Shown here one piece after another: positions 1 to 11,700 of a stretch of DNA of 64,000 bases. Source of the DNA: Octopus vulgaris (lineage: Eukaryota); assembly GCA_951406725.2 (NCBI GenBank), contig OX597827.1:34410001-34474000 (forward strand). Reading direction: 5' to 3'. Position 1 is the stretch's first letter. Each line of letters begins with the position of its first letter. The notes beneath the pieces were generated by a model. It was not told the origin of the DNA. It worked only from the letters and a program-made list of their open reading frames with translations, and made no database searches. The translations under genes were made by a program, and so were the position numbers.

Positions 1-45
<45 letters not shown>

Positions 46-77
46 ATAAATTAGTACAATCAGTAAAACGTTGTCAT

Positions 78-138
78 TATAGTACTCGGAGTTTCGAATG
101 CCGGAGCGAAGAGCTAAGATACATCATTGTCGGCTATA
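78..138 (-). ncRNA. Degenerate type-I hammerhead ribozyme motif (CCGACAA core)
   Basis: Minus strand: UAUAG-CCGACAA-(stem II region)-GAAA-CUCCGAG-UA-CUAUA; stem I UAUAG/CUAUA; flanked by (TA)n. Confidence 0.4.
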
Positions 139-399
139 TATATAATATATATATATATATTCAGCATGAGCGAAATGTTTATCAGGGTGAACAAAAATGT
201 TCATCAGGGTAGACATGCAAACAGAAAGAAAGTAAAGACTGACGATTTTCAGATGATGAATATTTAAGTATAAATGTATAGGAAAGATTTTTCTCCTCAA
301 ATTTATGAGGGCCTCGTCATAAAGATCTCACAAGCCCTAAAGTAAATGGAATGAGATGGGCCAACGCCCATCTCCATCCAAGGTAAGTAAAAAATTTTC

Positions 400-3300
400 T
401 CAGCGTAGGGTGTTTAAATGTTCATGGCCTGGGGTTGAATTGGAAACAAGGGCGTTTCCTCAATGACCTCAGGTCGTATAGATTAGATGTGATAGTAGTT
501 ACAGAAACCTGGCTGAATGGACCGAGAGGCTTCCCCACTCCTAAACGGCTACGAAAAATCTATTTCTCCAGGCCAGCCTGGAGTGGGTGTCGCGGTTCTG
601 TTCAGGAAAAATTTGGGTTTAGAGCTAAGAGTAATCTTTGTTGATCCGAAAGGCAGGCTGGTCCTTGGCGTGACGCACAGCAGTGGTAAGTCTTTCAGGC
701 TAGTGGCTGTTTATGCCCCCTCGAGGGTTGGACAGTCACACGCGTAGATTGTGTTGTCCCATGTACGTATGGGAGTGGAAACCCGTGCCTCCTCGATCTG
801 CTTATGCATTTCCAGCTGGCACATCAGTATAGACTAGAATACTCGGACGCTCCATTGTGGACACAGATGAATAACAACGGGTCTTCGAGGTCTTATATCG
901 ATAGGTTATTCGTTAGACGTATAGATAAAGATTTAGTTAGATGTCCACAGCTTCATTACGTCGACTACAGTGACCACAAGCTTGTGACCAGTAAGTTTGA
1001 CTTAGATAAGTTACGTAGACAAGGTCCCGGCTATTGGAAACTCAACAAGTCCCTTTTGGCTGATGAGAATTACAGGAGTCGGATTAGGTTGTTAGTGACG
1101 AGGGCATTGACCGGTGCCATAATAAACAATGAATGGTGGTATGTCCTCAAAAGAGCCATAAAGTTCGAGTTCATTAGATATAGTAAAGAGTTAATCGCTA
1201 GGAAAAACAGAATAGAAAGGGACTTAGCTAAGGATTTAGAAAAGGCACTGAGGTCTGATTCTGCGCCCCAAGTTTTGGCGGCGAGAGTGGTTCTCAACCA
1301 ACACCTCGAAGCTAAACACGACGGGTGCATAGTCAGGGCAAAGCAACGTGTAATGGGACAGGAAGGCGACCGGCCCGTGGGATAGAAACGCAACGGGGCA
1401 ATGACGCCATAATAAGGTCTTTGACGAACCAACAGAACTTGGTAAACGAATCCGAGGGGATATGTAAACTCTTTCAGGAGTATTTCGCTCAGCTTTTCGT
1501 GGGGGCGGTGGACCGGAGTGCAGGAGGGGCCGCATGGACTTCCTCGCTGGTTCTTCGCGTTTCTCGGGGCTGGAGGCAGAATGCTGTGAAGGGCCGATCA
1601 CAGCTGCGGAGATGGAGGAGGCTTTGTTGGCCTGCAGCGGGAGCAAGTCACCGGGGTTTGATGGTCTTCTCTTCGAGCTATGTTATAGTATGCCAGACTT
1701 GTTTGGGCACCTACTTGCATGTGTCTGTGCCAACTGACAACAGAATGGGTTTATACCCAGATCTGTGAGCCGGGGCGGGGTTGACACTGCTAAGAATGAA
1801 CCCAAACAAGGGGGACTTTGTAGAGAATTTCGGGTCCGTCACTCTGCTTAACACGGAGCTGAAGATTTTCGCCAAGGTACTATCGAAAAGGATGGCGCGT
1901 GTCACGGGTGGACTCGTCGGAGAGGCACAAACGTGTGTCATTCCCGGTAGATCCATCCAGGACAATCTCCATCTACGCTAAACCTTAGAGAGGGTTAATA
2001 GAATTCCTGGCAAGGTTGGGGCTTTGGTCCATTTAGACCAGTCTAAAGCTTTTGACAGGGTTGACCATCGGTATCTGGTGTCGGTCCTTGCAGCATTAGG
2101 GCTGGGCCTCGGTTTCCTTAATTAACATCGATTCGATTGTTCAGGTGAACGGTTTCCTTTTGGAACCGTTCTGTATCAAGCGCTCGCTATGGCAAGGATG
2201 TCCTCTCTCTCCTTGCCTCTCGAGACCTTGCTGCAGAACTTGGAGGCTATGAAGGGCGTCCCACGAGATCTAATTTGTGGAAAATCTGTTTCGGCGTACA
2301 CGGATGACATCACCATCATCGTATCCGAGTTCAAACATCTACAGAGGGTATGTGAGGCCATTAAGGAATACGAGGCAGTGGCAGGAGTAAAAATGAACTG
2401 TGAGAAGTCAGTCGGCTTGCAACTCGGTACCTGGAGGGGCAAGTCGATACCTCCCAAATGTTAAAAGTCTGGTTTGGTCTGGACCTCCAGATAGAGAGGA
2501 TCCGGCGCGAGATGACGAGCACGGTGACCCTCCTCACTCAAACATGGTCTGAGCGGTGGCATCCCTGAAAAGGAGTTGGGAGGCCGCAAATGAGTTTATC
2601 GCATCTGTGATTACCTACCGTCTAACCGTCGGGCCTTGCCCCGATTCGTGGGTAAACAAGTTGGAACGGCTTCTCTTCCAGTTTTTGTTAGGGAGAGAGG
2701 TTCTTATTGTAAGGCGCTCTATCTGATGCCAAAAAACCGCTTAATGGTGGGTTAGGGATGCTGTGACTAATGATGTGCAGACATGCGTTGAGGCGAAGGC
2801 ATCTCTGGCTCTACCTGGATGGTGAACAGGTGTGGTATCCGTTCGTCAAGGCGATTTTTCCTAGGTTCACTAGTTTTAGTGGACCGAAACCTTGGATTAA
2901 ATGTAGACCGAAAGCAGGGGCTTGGAAGGCCGAATCCAGCCAGGCTCTCCGTCTCCTCTCTCGTACGGATGGCGCCGGTGGTCAGGGTTCCACCTATAGA
3001 GGGTTGGTAGAGACAAAGTGTGACGATACTCTGGGAAATATCCTGGGTCTCGACGATGGTCAACTGGCTGGCTTGTTCCGACGAACATTCCAACCAGGGT
3101 CCTTGGATGGCTTCCAAAAGTCCCTGGCTTGACAGTGGTTACAGAGGAGCCTTACCTGTTCGTGATAAACTCGCAGGGCATGGAGGTCAGTCCACGCCCA
3201 CTTGCCCAAAATGTGAGTAGGACAGGGAAACTGTCCTGCATGCTATTGTACAGTGTCCGAAAACCTCGAAATTGTGGGTTTACGTCGAACAGCTGCTGTA

Positions 3301-3806
3301 CCGTCTGGGAAGAGTACTGCAGTAGTCCGAATCAATCATTAAGTTTGTTACGCCGTCTTCCTTTAACAAGGAAGAAAAAGTTTTGTTTTCTCGTTGTAAT
3401 TTCTATGGCGAAAGAGGCAGTATGGAAGTCTCGTTTGAAAGGAGTGGCGACAAGCGTCTTCATCTCCAGTCGGGGTTTGGTAACGTTCTTTATTTTCCAT
3501 CTCAAATGGAAAATACGGCGGGAGAGATGTCTGTCGTCTGCGACAAATGATGGAAGAAAGTGGTACGAATGACCAGACTATGAAGAGAAATTAAAAGGTC
3601 TCAGTGGTGGAACGGGGATTGTGGGGTCGGAACCGTCCTTCACTTCATTGTATTGTCCTTTTGTTCGTCTAAAGCATACGATATATTTTGCGTAATTTTT
3701 TTAAATGTCCATTTTTACGTAAAGCTCATCCGTTTTTATCGACCCGTGTTTTGTATCGTCCCCTCTGTGTTGGCCCCTGATGGGTAATTAAAAATAAAAC
3801 GAAAAA
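400..3806 (+). mobile_element. Tx1/L1-clade non-LTR retrotransposon ORF2 (APE endonuclease + RT + C-terminal Zn knuckle), decayed
   Basis: Frameshifted pieces: CLNVHGL / ETWL (APE start), SYIDRLF..SDHKLV..GPGYWKLNKSLL (Tx1 hallmark), KSPGFDGL, LLNTELKIFAKVL, YTDDIT (RT), CPKC..ETVLHA; A-rich tail about 3787-3806. Confidence 0.9.
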
Positions 3807-3837
3807 TTGTCAGAATGTGATTTTTGAATGAGGATAC

Positions 3838-3930
3838 CTTTCCCGATGAAGGGGACATTGTCTGCTTGGATTGTAAAATTTCTCTTAATTTTTCTACCAG
3901 CCCATGAACACGGGAAACTGCCGTAGAAAG
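3838..3930 (+). ncRNA. Hammerhead-like motif with CCGAUGA core in Penelope-type terminal repeat remnant
   Basis: CUUUC-CCGAUGA-long stem II region-GAAA-CUGCCG-UA-GAAAG; stem I CUUUC/GAAAG. Confidence 0.45.
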
Positions 3931-4009
3931 TAATTTTCCTCTGATTGTATTATATTCTATTTATATTTACAAAAAAACAGATTTATCAATAAGAATTTTT
4001 AGACACTCT

Positions 4010-4373
4010 GAATTTTACATTATTTACATTAGACGGATATTTGTCCTCATCTTGTTTGCTGTTAATACAACATTTCGGCTGATATACCCTCCAGCCTTCT
4101 TCAGGTACCTTGCGGAAATTTTGAACCTGGTTTCTCATTCGTAAGGTATTTTTCGATGTTGTTGTTGTTGTTGTTGTTGTTCAGGTCACTGCTTGGAATC
4201 GAACTCGGAATCTTGGCCACGGGCATATGGCGTAATGGTTAAGAGCGCGGGCTACTAACCCAAGATTCCGAGTTCGACTCTAAGCAGTGACCTGAACAAT
4301 AACAACAACAACAACAATAATAATAATAATAATAATAATAACAACATCGAAAAATACCTTACGAATGAGAACC
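4010..4373. mobile_element. tRNA-headed SINE-like element carrying a hammerhead, present as an inverted partial duplication
   Basis: Plus copy 4221-4373 has A-box TGGCGTAATGG, B-box GAGTTCGACTC, then (AAC/AAT)n. The minus copy 4216 to about 4010 repeats B-box and (AAC)n and continues into a hammerhead. Arms 4131-4216 and 4259-4373 are reverse complements. Confidence 0.75.
4064..4109 (-). ncRNA. Minimal type-I hammerhead ribozyme motif
   Basis: GGUAC-CUGAAGA-A-GGCUG(GAGGGUAUAU)CAGCC-GAAA-UG-UU-GUAUU; 5-bp stem II, 5-bp stem I with two G-U pairs, minimal stem III. Confidence 0.65.
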
Positions 4374-4419
4374 CTATATATATATATATATATATAGCAT
4401 TAATAAATCTCCGAACGAG

Positions 4420-4750
4420 ATGTAAACAGTAACCGCTCGACAACGTAAAGTAACCGGTACTAATTTTGTCGATACCGAAAGAATGAAAGACAAAACCGAC
4501 CTCGGCAGAATTCGAACTCAAAACCCAACGGCGGACGAAATATCGCTAAGCATTTCGCCCGGCGTGCTAACGATTCCGCCAGCTCACCGCCTTAATAAAA
4601 CATAATATACTCTTGTCTACTCTAGGCACACGGCCCGAAATTTTGAGGGAGGGGGCCAGTCGATTCGATCGACCCCAGTACGCAACTGGTATTTAATTTA
4701 TAGACCCCGAAAGGATGAAAGGCAAAGGCAGCCTCAGCGGAATTTGAACT
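4420..4750 (-). mobile_element. Two adjacent tRNA-derived SINEs
   Basis: Minus strand AAGGCGGTGAGCTGGCGGAATCGTTAGCACGCCGGGCGAAATGCTTAG...GAGTTCGAATTC; conserved body GCCTTTCATCCTTTCGGGGTC..TACCAGT; same family recurs at 40550, 48950, 52030-52570, 60110. Confidence 0.8.
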
Positions 4751-4772
4751 ACTTGCACTTGCCTAATCTAAT

Positions 4773-4930
4773 TTGAGGAACTGCAACTTCAAAGATAAGA
4801 GTTGCTGTCTGTTGGAAGGTAAGTGTCTTGAAAAAGGAATCGTTTATAGAGCTAATGTGCAAGTAGATGACTCAAAAGAATATAAACTTACACAGGGACT
4901 TCGGAAAATTCATTCAAGGCTCGGTTTTAT
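4773..4930 (+). mobile_element. Penelope-like element fragment (Cys motif and start of GIY-YIG endonuclease)
   Basis: CNFKDKSCCLLEGKCLEKGIVYRANV, then after a frameshift YTGTSENSFKARF; matches the PLE CxC..CPL.G.C..VY.A.V...YxG pattern. Confidence 0.7.
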
Positions 4931-5641
4931 ATATGTGTGTATATGTATATATACATATATATGTACATATATATATCTGTATATGTCTATATATCAGGGC
5001 ATGTATTTGCCTACATATTTATTTGTATATTTGTATGCGTGTCTATATGTGTGTATATTTGTATGTATGTTTGTATTTATGTAGATATGCATGTCGTTTT
5101 GTGTGCGTTTTGCAAGCTGAACGAAGTATCTAACTTTCGTTAGACACTTATAGGAATGCTAGTTATTTCACTCTCTCTACTTCTATCTATTTTCCCTTTC
5201 TCTCTCTAATTTTCTGCGTTTTTTTTTTCTGTTTCCTTTTTTTCTTTCTCCCCCACTTGTTATTCTCTGATTTTTCCCCTTTCTTTCTCTCGCCTGTAAC
5301 AACTAAATTGTGTAAGCATACACCAGGAGATTTTATGTGCGTGCGTGTGTGTATATATATGCGTGCATACATATATATGCGTGCATACATATATATGCGT
5401 GCATACATATATATGCATTTGTATATATTTGTGTTTTGCCTATATATATATATCTGTATATGTACGTAGCCATGTACCAACGCCTGTATATTTTGTGCAT
5501 ATACGTATATTATAGGCTGTTTGGTATGTGTATGTATTTCTAAATGTATATGTATTTTAGCGCGAAAGTTTTTTTAAAAAATACATCTTTTAATTTGTTA
5601 TTATTTTTACAACTAAATAACTTTATCTTGCTCCATTCTAA

Positions 5642-5691
5642 ACAAAACTGTCCGATAAAAGGGAATGTGAAACTTTGAGTAACAGTTTTGT
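5642..5691 (+). ncRNA. Degenerate hammerhead motif (CCGAUAA core) downstream of Penelope fragment
   Basis: ACAAAACUGU-CCGAUAA-AAGGGAAUGU-GAAA-CUUUGAG-UA-ACAGUUUUGU; perfect 10-bp stem I, stem II eroded. Confidence 0.5.
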
Positions 5692-5818
5692 GATATTTTT
5701 ACTGCTTTTTAATAAAGCATCTTACTCTACCTATGGTATTCGAGTACTATTTTTCCAATTTGTTTCACATTTATGTGGTTACTTTAGTATATCTATATAT
5801 GTATATGTGTGTGTGTGT

Positions 5819-5870
<52 letters not shown>

Positions 5871-5884
5871 TATATATATGTACA

Positions 5885-7179
5885 TACGAGGGACGTTCGA
5901 TAAGTAATGCCCCTGACCCACTTGCAGTTGCTTGATCTAGCTGAAATTTTGCATGTGCAATCATTTATATCTCTATAGAGTAAGTGACAAATTACAGCTC
6001 TGAATTGTGGTTTCTGATTTACAGGTATTTGAACTGAGTCAAGTGTGAAATGGAGCCTGTTGAGTGTCGAGCAGTGATCCGGTTTTTGTATTTGAAAGAA
6101 CGCACGCCACGGGAGACTTTTGATGAAATGAAAGTAACTTATGGTGATGATGCCCCATCATTTGACCTTGTAAAACGCTGGCATCGTGAATTCAAACATG
6201 GTCGGAACTCTGTGGAAACAGCTCCCAGATCTGGTCGCCCCGCTTCTGCCATTGATGAGGCATCCGTCCGTCAAGTTGAGGCTGCCATTTTGGAAGATCG
6301 ACGCATAATTATTCGCCAAATAGCCCATGAGGTCAAGATTAGTACCAGATCTGAGAAAACTATCATTCATGACCATTTGCATATGCAAAAGGTGTCTGCC
6401 AGATGGATTCCCAGGTTGCTCACGCCTTTCCAGAAGCAAGAACGCGTCGAGTGCTCGAGGATGAATTTGGAGATGCGCCAAGAAGATGAGTCAACATTTT
6501 TCAAAAGACTGATTACACAGGATGAAACCTGGGTCCATCACGATGATCCAGAGACCAAAGCCCAGTCAATGCAGTGGAAGCACCGTGACTCACCCCCTCC
6601 AAAGAAGGCAAGGGTGCAGCCCTCCGCTGGCAAGGTCATGCTCACAGTCTTCTGGGACCGGGACGGAGTAGTGATGACAGATTTCCTGGCAAAGGGAACC
6701 ACAATTACAGGAGCCTATTATGCTTCACTTTTGAGGAAATTAAGAGAAGTTATCAAAATCAAGAGGCGGGGCAAGATCAGCAAAGGCATCCCCGTCCTGC
6801 AGGACAACGCTCTGGTCCACAACTCGCTTGTCGCCAGATCAGAAGCACAGGCGTATGGCTATGAACTCCTCCCCCACCCCACCCCCTACTTTCCTGACTT
6901 TGCACCCTCTGATTTCCCCTCTTCCAAGTCATGAAGTTGTTTTTGAAAGGAAAGCGTTTCCCAGATGATGCAGCCTTGATTTCTGAAGTCACGTTCAGGT
7001 TGGAGGACCAAGCTGGGGTCTTCTACAAAAACTGTCTCCAGAGCTGCATCAAACGATGGGAGAAATGCGTAACTCTGGGTGGTTCCTATGTAGAAAAAGA
7101 CTAATAACTGTGCCAAGTTTCGTTGCTCTACTGCTATGGGAAGTGGGTCAGGAGCATTACTTATTGAACGCCCCTCGTA
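5885..7179 (+). mobile_element. Full-length mariner transposon (DD34D)
   Basis: TA-flanked TIRs TACGAGGGACGTTCGATAAGTAATGCCCCTGACCCACTT / AAGTGGGTCAGGAGCATTACTTATTGAACGCCCCTCGTA; about 1.3 kb. Confidence 0.95.
6050..7105 (+). pseudogene. Mariner transposase, frameshifted near the C-terminus
   Basis: [35 protein letters not shown] motifs; after about 6915 the reading continues in another frame ([23 protein letters not shown]). Confidence 0.9.
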
Positions 7180-7221
7180 TGTATATATATATGTATATAA
7201 GTGTATGTATATGTATAGATA

Positions 7222-7278
<57 letters not shown>

Positions 7279-7296
7279 GTATACATATAAATGTAC

Positions 7297-7341
<45 letters not shown>

Positions 7342-7374
7342 AATATATATGCATATATGTATGTATATATATTT

Positions 7375-7884
7375 TTTATCTAGTTTCAGCTCACGAACTG
7401 TGGCCATGCTGGGCCACCGCCATTTGGTGTTGCTACATAATTTCACTTCGCGAGTGTTTTTTAGGAATTGACTTTTGGTGCATGAGGGAGTTCGATGCCG
7501 CTGCCCTCATCTGCACCTCCTGCCGCGAAGTTGTTTCATCAGGGACACTTGACAGTAAGAGGTCCAGTTTTATTTTAAAGACACCAACATCCAACCCATG
7601 CAGCTCTCTCAGGTCCTTCGGGAGGATATTGAAGAGCTGTGGACCTCTGAAGCCCAGGCTATTGCAGTATCTTGTTCTGCATCTTGATGGCAAATTTGGA
7701 GTCCTTGGCACTATGCAGTGGCGCCCAGTTCTAGTATTTGTGTAACTCTCGATGCCAAAGTTTGGGACAAGTCCTTCCAGGATCTTCCAGATGTATATTA
7801 TGGCATGGCTTTCTCGCCTACGCTCTAAGGAATAGAGTCTTTCACAGTAGCTGATATGCTCTGTAGAAGCTATCTTCTTCGTGT
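7375..7884 (-). mobile_element. 3' end of CR1/L2-type LINE
   Basis: [41 protein letters not shown]; 7700-7884 duplicates 8761-8960. Confidence 0.85.
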
Positions 7885-7907
7885 ATATATGTATAAATGT
7901 GAATGTA

Positions 7908-7970
<63 letters not shown>

Positions 7971-8032
7971 ATGTATATTAGAAATATTGAATTTCTAAAT
8001 GCCTCAGAGAGACATAAGCGGTGGTGGAGCGA

Positions 8033-8520
8033 TATAGTGGTCGTATACTGTCCACTCAACGTGACAGTCCCGTAAGGGAATTACACCACCGCCATTTAGC
8101 CCTAGGAAACATTGACGTCTCCTGTCAGCTTTGACACATTTTCTGTGTCCTTATATTTGCAAAGGGGAGGCAATCACCTCCGCCAGCTGGGACTAAGCAC
8201 CTGGAGACATATGTTTTCTAATTTCGGTGATCAGTAAATAAATTTTACTGAAAATATGATATATTTGCGAAGATATTGCAGTCATCTCAGCGAGCGAGAC
8301 TGACTACCCTGAACTGACGACGAGAAATACACTCAGAAACATATGTCTTCAGGTGCTTAGTCCCAGCTGGCGGGGGTGATTGCCTCCTCTTTGCAAATAT
8401 AAGGACACAGAAAATACATCAAAGCCGACAGGAGACGTCGATGTTTCCTAGGGCTAAATGGCGGTGGTGTAATTCCCTTACGGGACTGTCACATTGAGTT
8501 GACAGTATACGACCACTATA
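8033..8520. repeat. Long inverted repeat (about 186-bp arms) of a Penelope-type terminal repeat in (TA)n
   Basis: 8033-8219 is the reverse complement of 8335-8520; the spacer and start of the right arm hold a hammerhead. Confidence 0.9.
8308..8353 (+). ncRNA. Type-I hammerhead ribozyme, canonical core
   Basis: CCUGAA-CUGACGA-C-GAG(AAAUACA)CUC-A-GAAA-CAUAUG-UC-UUCAGG; 6-bp stem I, palindromic stem III, GUC cleavage triplet. Confidence 0.8.
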
Positions 8521-8549
8521 TATATATATGTTTATATATATAAATGTAC

Positions 8550-8622
<73 letters not shown>

Positions 8623-8675
8623 TGAATTGAAGAAATGGAGTTGAACGAAGATTGAACAGAAATCGTTTTATTGCA

Positions 8676-8755
8676 TTCTACACGTGTTTCGAAAGGCACA
8701 ATTTACCAAATTCCGATTGAATAAGGAGACCATATTGTGTCTTTCTCTTCAGGAA
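8676..8755 (-). ncRNA. Type-I hammerhead ribozyme, canonical core, long stem II
   Basis: UUC-CUGAAGA-GAAAGACACAAU...AUUGUGCCUUUC-GAAA-CACGUG-UA-GAA; stem I is clipped at the junction with the CR1. Confidence 0.7.
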
Positions 8756-8760
8756 GAAAT

Positions 8761-11700
8761 AGTCCTTGGCACTATGCAGTGGCGCCCAGTTCTAATATTT
8801 GTGTAACTCTCGATGCCAAAGTTTGGGACAAGTCCTTCTAGGATCTTCCAGATGTATATTATGGCATATCTTTCTCGCCTACGCTCTAAGGAATAGAGTC
8901 TTAATCTCTTGAGTCTTTCCCAGTAGCTTATATGCTGCACAGAGGCTATCTTCTTCGTGTAGCTTCGTTGGATCGCCTCAAGTTCTGTGATTAACTTGTC
9001 ACTGGATGGTGACCATAGCTGAGAGCAATAGTCAAAGTGGCTTAGGACAAGTGTCCTCCAGAGGACCATCATGGTTTCCTGGTCTCTTGTTCTAAAGGTT
9101 CTAAGAATCCATCCGGTCAGCCGCCTACATTTCATTGCCAATTTAGCAACATGCACATGAAAGGTTGCATCATCACTCATGTAAATACCTATGTCTCGCA
9201 CTGATTGTGCCTCTGGGATTGCAATCCCTCCAGGTCCAGTGTATTTATTGGGTATTGCATTTAGTTTTGCATGCTGATAGCATAAAGCTTGAAACTTTTC
9301 AGCATTGAGCTGCATGCTATTCTTTTCAGCCCACTTGTATATTTTGTCCAGCTCACATTGCAGGTACATAGTGTCTTCAGGGTTCTGTATTGTCTGTGAA
9401 ACTTTTGTATCATCTGCATAACTTGTGATCCTGGCTCTCTGCGTGGCTGAGGGCATGTCTGAAAGGGCCATTATGAACAGTAGTGGTCCCAAAACAGTGC
9501 CTTGTGAAACACCGCTCACTATTTGCGTGTTAATGGAAGTGGCCCCATTGGCTACTACCACGTGGCTTCTATCCTTCAGAAAGTCATGAAGCCATTCTCC
9601 CAATTTTCCAACTATGCCAAGATCACGCTGTTTGTGACATATCATTCCATGATCGACTTTATCAAAGGCCTTTGCAAAGTCGAGATATATGACTTCCACA
9701 TTTGAGTGGTTGAGCAGTCGTTTCAGCACTCAGTCATAGTGTTGTAGGAGCTGAGTTAGGCAGCTTCTTCCTGGTCGGAAACCATGTTGGGTGTCAGGCA
9801 GCAAGTCATTTTCTGCCAGGAAGGTGATTAGTTTCCTTCTGACTATTCGTTCCATGACCTTGCTGATGTGTGAGGTCAGAGAGATAGGTCTGTAGTTCTT
9901 GGCATCTGCTCTGCTACCCCCTTTATGAATAGGGCATATTTTACCTTCCTTCAGTTTTCTTGGAAGTTTGCCAGTTGCAAGGAAGCTCTGAAAGAGGAAC
10001 TATAGTGGTCTTGCTAGGACTTTTAGAACTGCAGTGGTCTTGCTACATACTTTTAGAAGGATTGCTGGGAATCCATCGGGGCCAGTAGCTGAGTTTGTTT
10101 TCATTTCATCTATAGCCTTTATTACATCGTCTTCCTTTATATTGATGTAATCAATCATCGCTGCCTCATATTTTATATCTGCAGTGGTAAAGAAGTCAGT
10201 TGGATTGCTGATTTGAAAATGCCCTAGGGGTGGAGTGAAAATACTCTTGAATTGTTCAATTAGTATTTCACTTATCCTCATTGGATTTCCTGTGAGTGTG
10301 CCATCCTTTTCAAAGAGAGGCCCTATCCTACAGTGCACCGTAGCTGTTTCTTTGGCATACCTGTAGAAAGCTCTGGGGTTAGATTTTATGTTGTCTATAG
10401 CCCAGGCTTCTTTGCCTGCTCTTTCTTTTTCATGGGAGAGTTGCAGACATTTTTCAATTTCCAACAGTTTTATTTTCAGGCGGGACTTTTCACTGCTTTC
10501 AATTTGTTTGTTTAGGTGATTTGAAATTTTTGTACGCCGTCTCATTAGAATTTTCCTCTCTCTGAGGATTTTGTTCTTCTGTACAGTGGCCTTTCTCTCT
10601 GGGACACATTTATAGCATATGGCTTGCATTACAGACATGAATTGTTGAAGTTCCATGTCGATGTCTGGCGAGGAGAGACATTCAGGCCAGTTTTGTTTGA
10701 GGATCTCTTTCTCAATTTGTTTCCAGTTTGCCTTGTGGAAGTTCAAGCTGAAAAGATTCTGAAAGTTTCTTGTAAACTGCATGTCCATGCTTTCCTTTGG
10801 CCCGTACATGGTCAGCTCTACCATGTTGTGATCCGAGAGTTGTGTCGGTGTCACTTTCACATTATGGATGAAATCCATATTATTTGTTAAGCAGAGATCC
10901 AGTATGTTACCTGCCCTGGTTGGTTGGAGTATTATTTGCTCCATATACAGAGTGTTGATGAGGTTCAGGAGGGACCTAACCTGTCCTCGTTCGCATCGTG
11001 TCATTCCTGGGAGAGAAAGGCCCTCGGGCCATCTGACATTGGGCAGATTGAAGTCTCCCATAAGAAGTACACTTATGTGTTGTTCTAATGTGACTAGAAC
11101 TTCTATTTTTATAAGGCAGTCTTCAAACTTTCCTACATGGCTTGGGGCATCTGGAGGGTGATATGTAGCACATATAACTACACCAAGTTGCCTTATATGT
11201 ACAATTAGTGTGTCACACACCGAATTTGAGTATGACAAAAGGACCTGGGGTGTGAGGTCCTCGCGGATGTACATAGCAACTCCTCCATGACTCCTTTCTT
11301 TTCTGTCGGTCCGTAGTACAACATACTGTGGTATGTGTATTTCCGCATCTGCTATGTCCGGTTTCAGGTGTGTTTCCGTAAGTGCTATGCATAAGGCTTG
11401 ATTGCATGCAACATGTCTCTCAAGAACGGGATTTTTGTCCTGTTACTGAGTGTTAGCAGTCCTCTGATGTTCAGTAGGAGCATCGAGGTGATGTGTGTGC
11501 TGTTGCCGGTAGTGTCCACCTTGGGTCTATTTGCTGTGGCGGTCTTGTGTATTGTGGATAGTCCCATCTGCGAGTTTGAGTTTGATGGAGCCAAGTTAGC
11601 TGCTGTACAATCTTTTGTGCCATGCACAAAAAAGATTCTTGTTCAGCAGCTGCCCTTTCAATAACATATTGGTGGTTTGTAGCACGCACTACATCTGCGT

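Noticed and set aside
4221-4292. Functional tRNA gene
   Set aside because: A/B boxes present but no acceptor stem, and it runs into repeat body; a SINE head. The same applies to 16400, 35400 and 52170.
6050-6934. SETMAR gene
   Set aside because: No SET domain; a free mariner with both TIRs.
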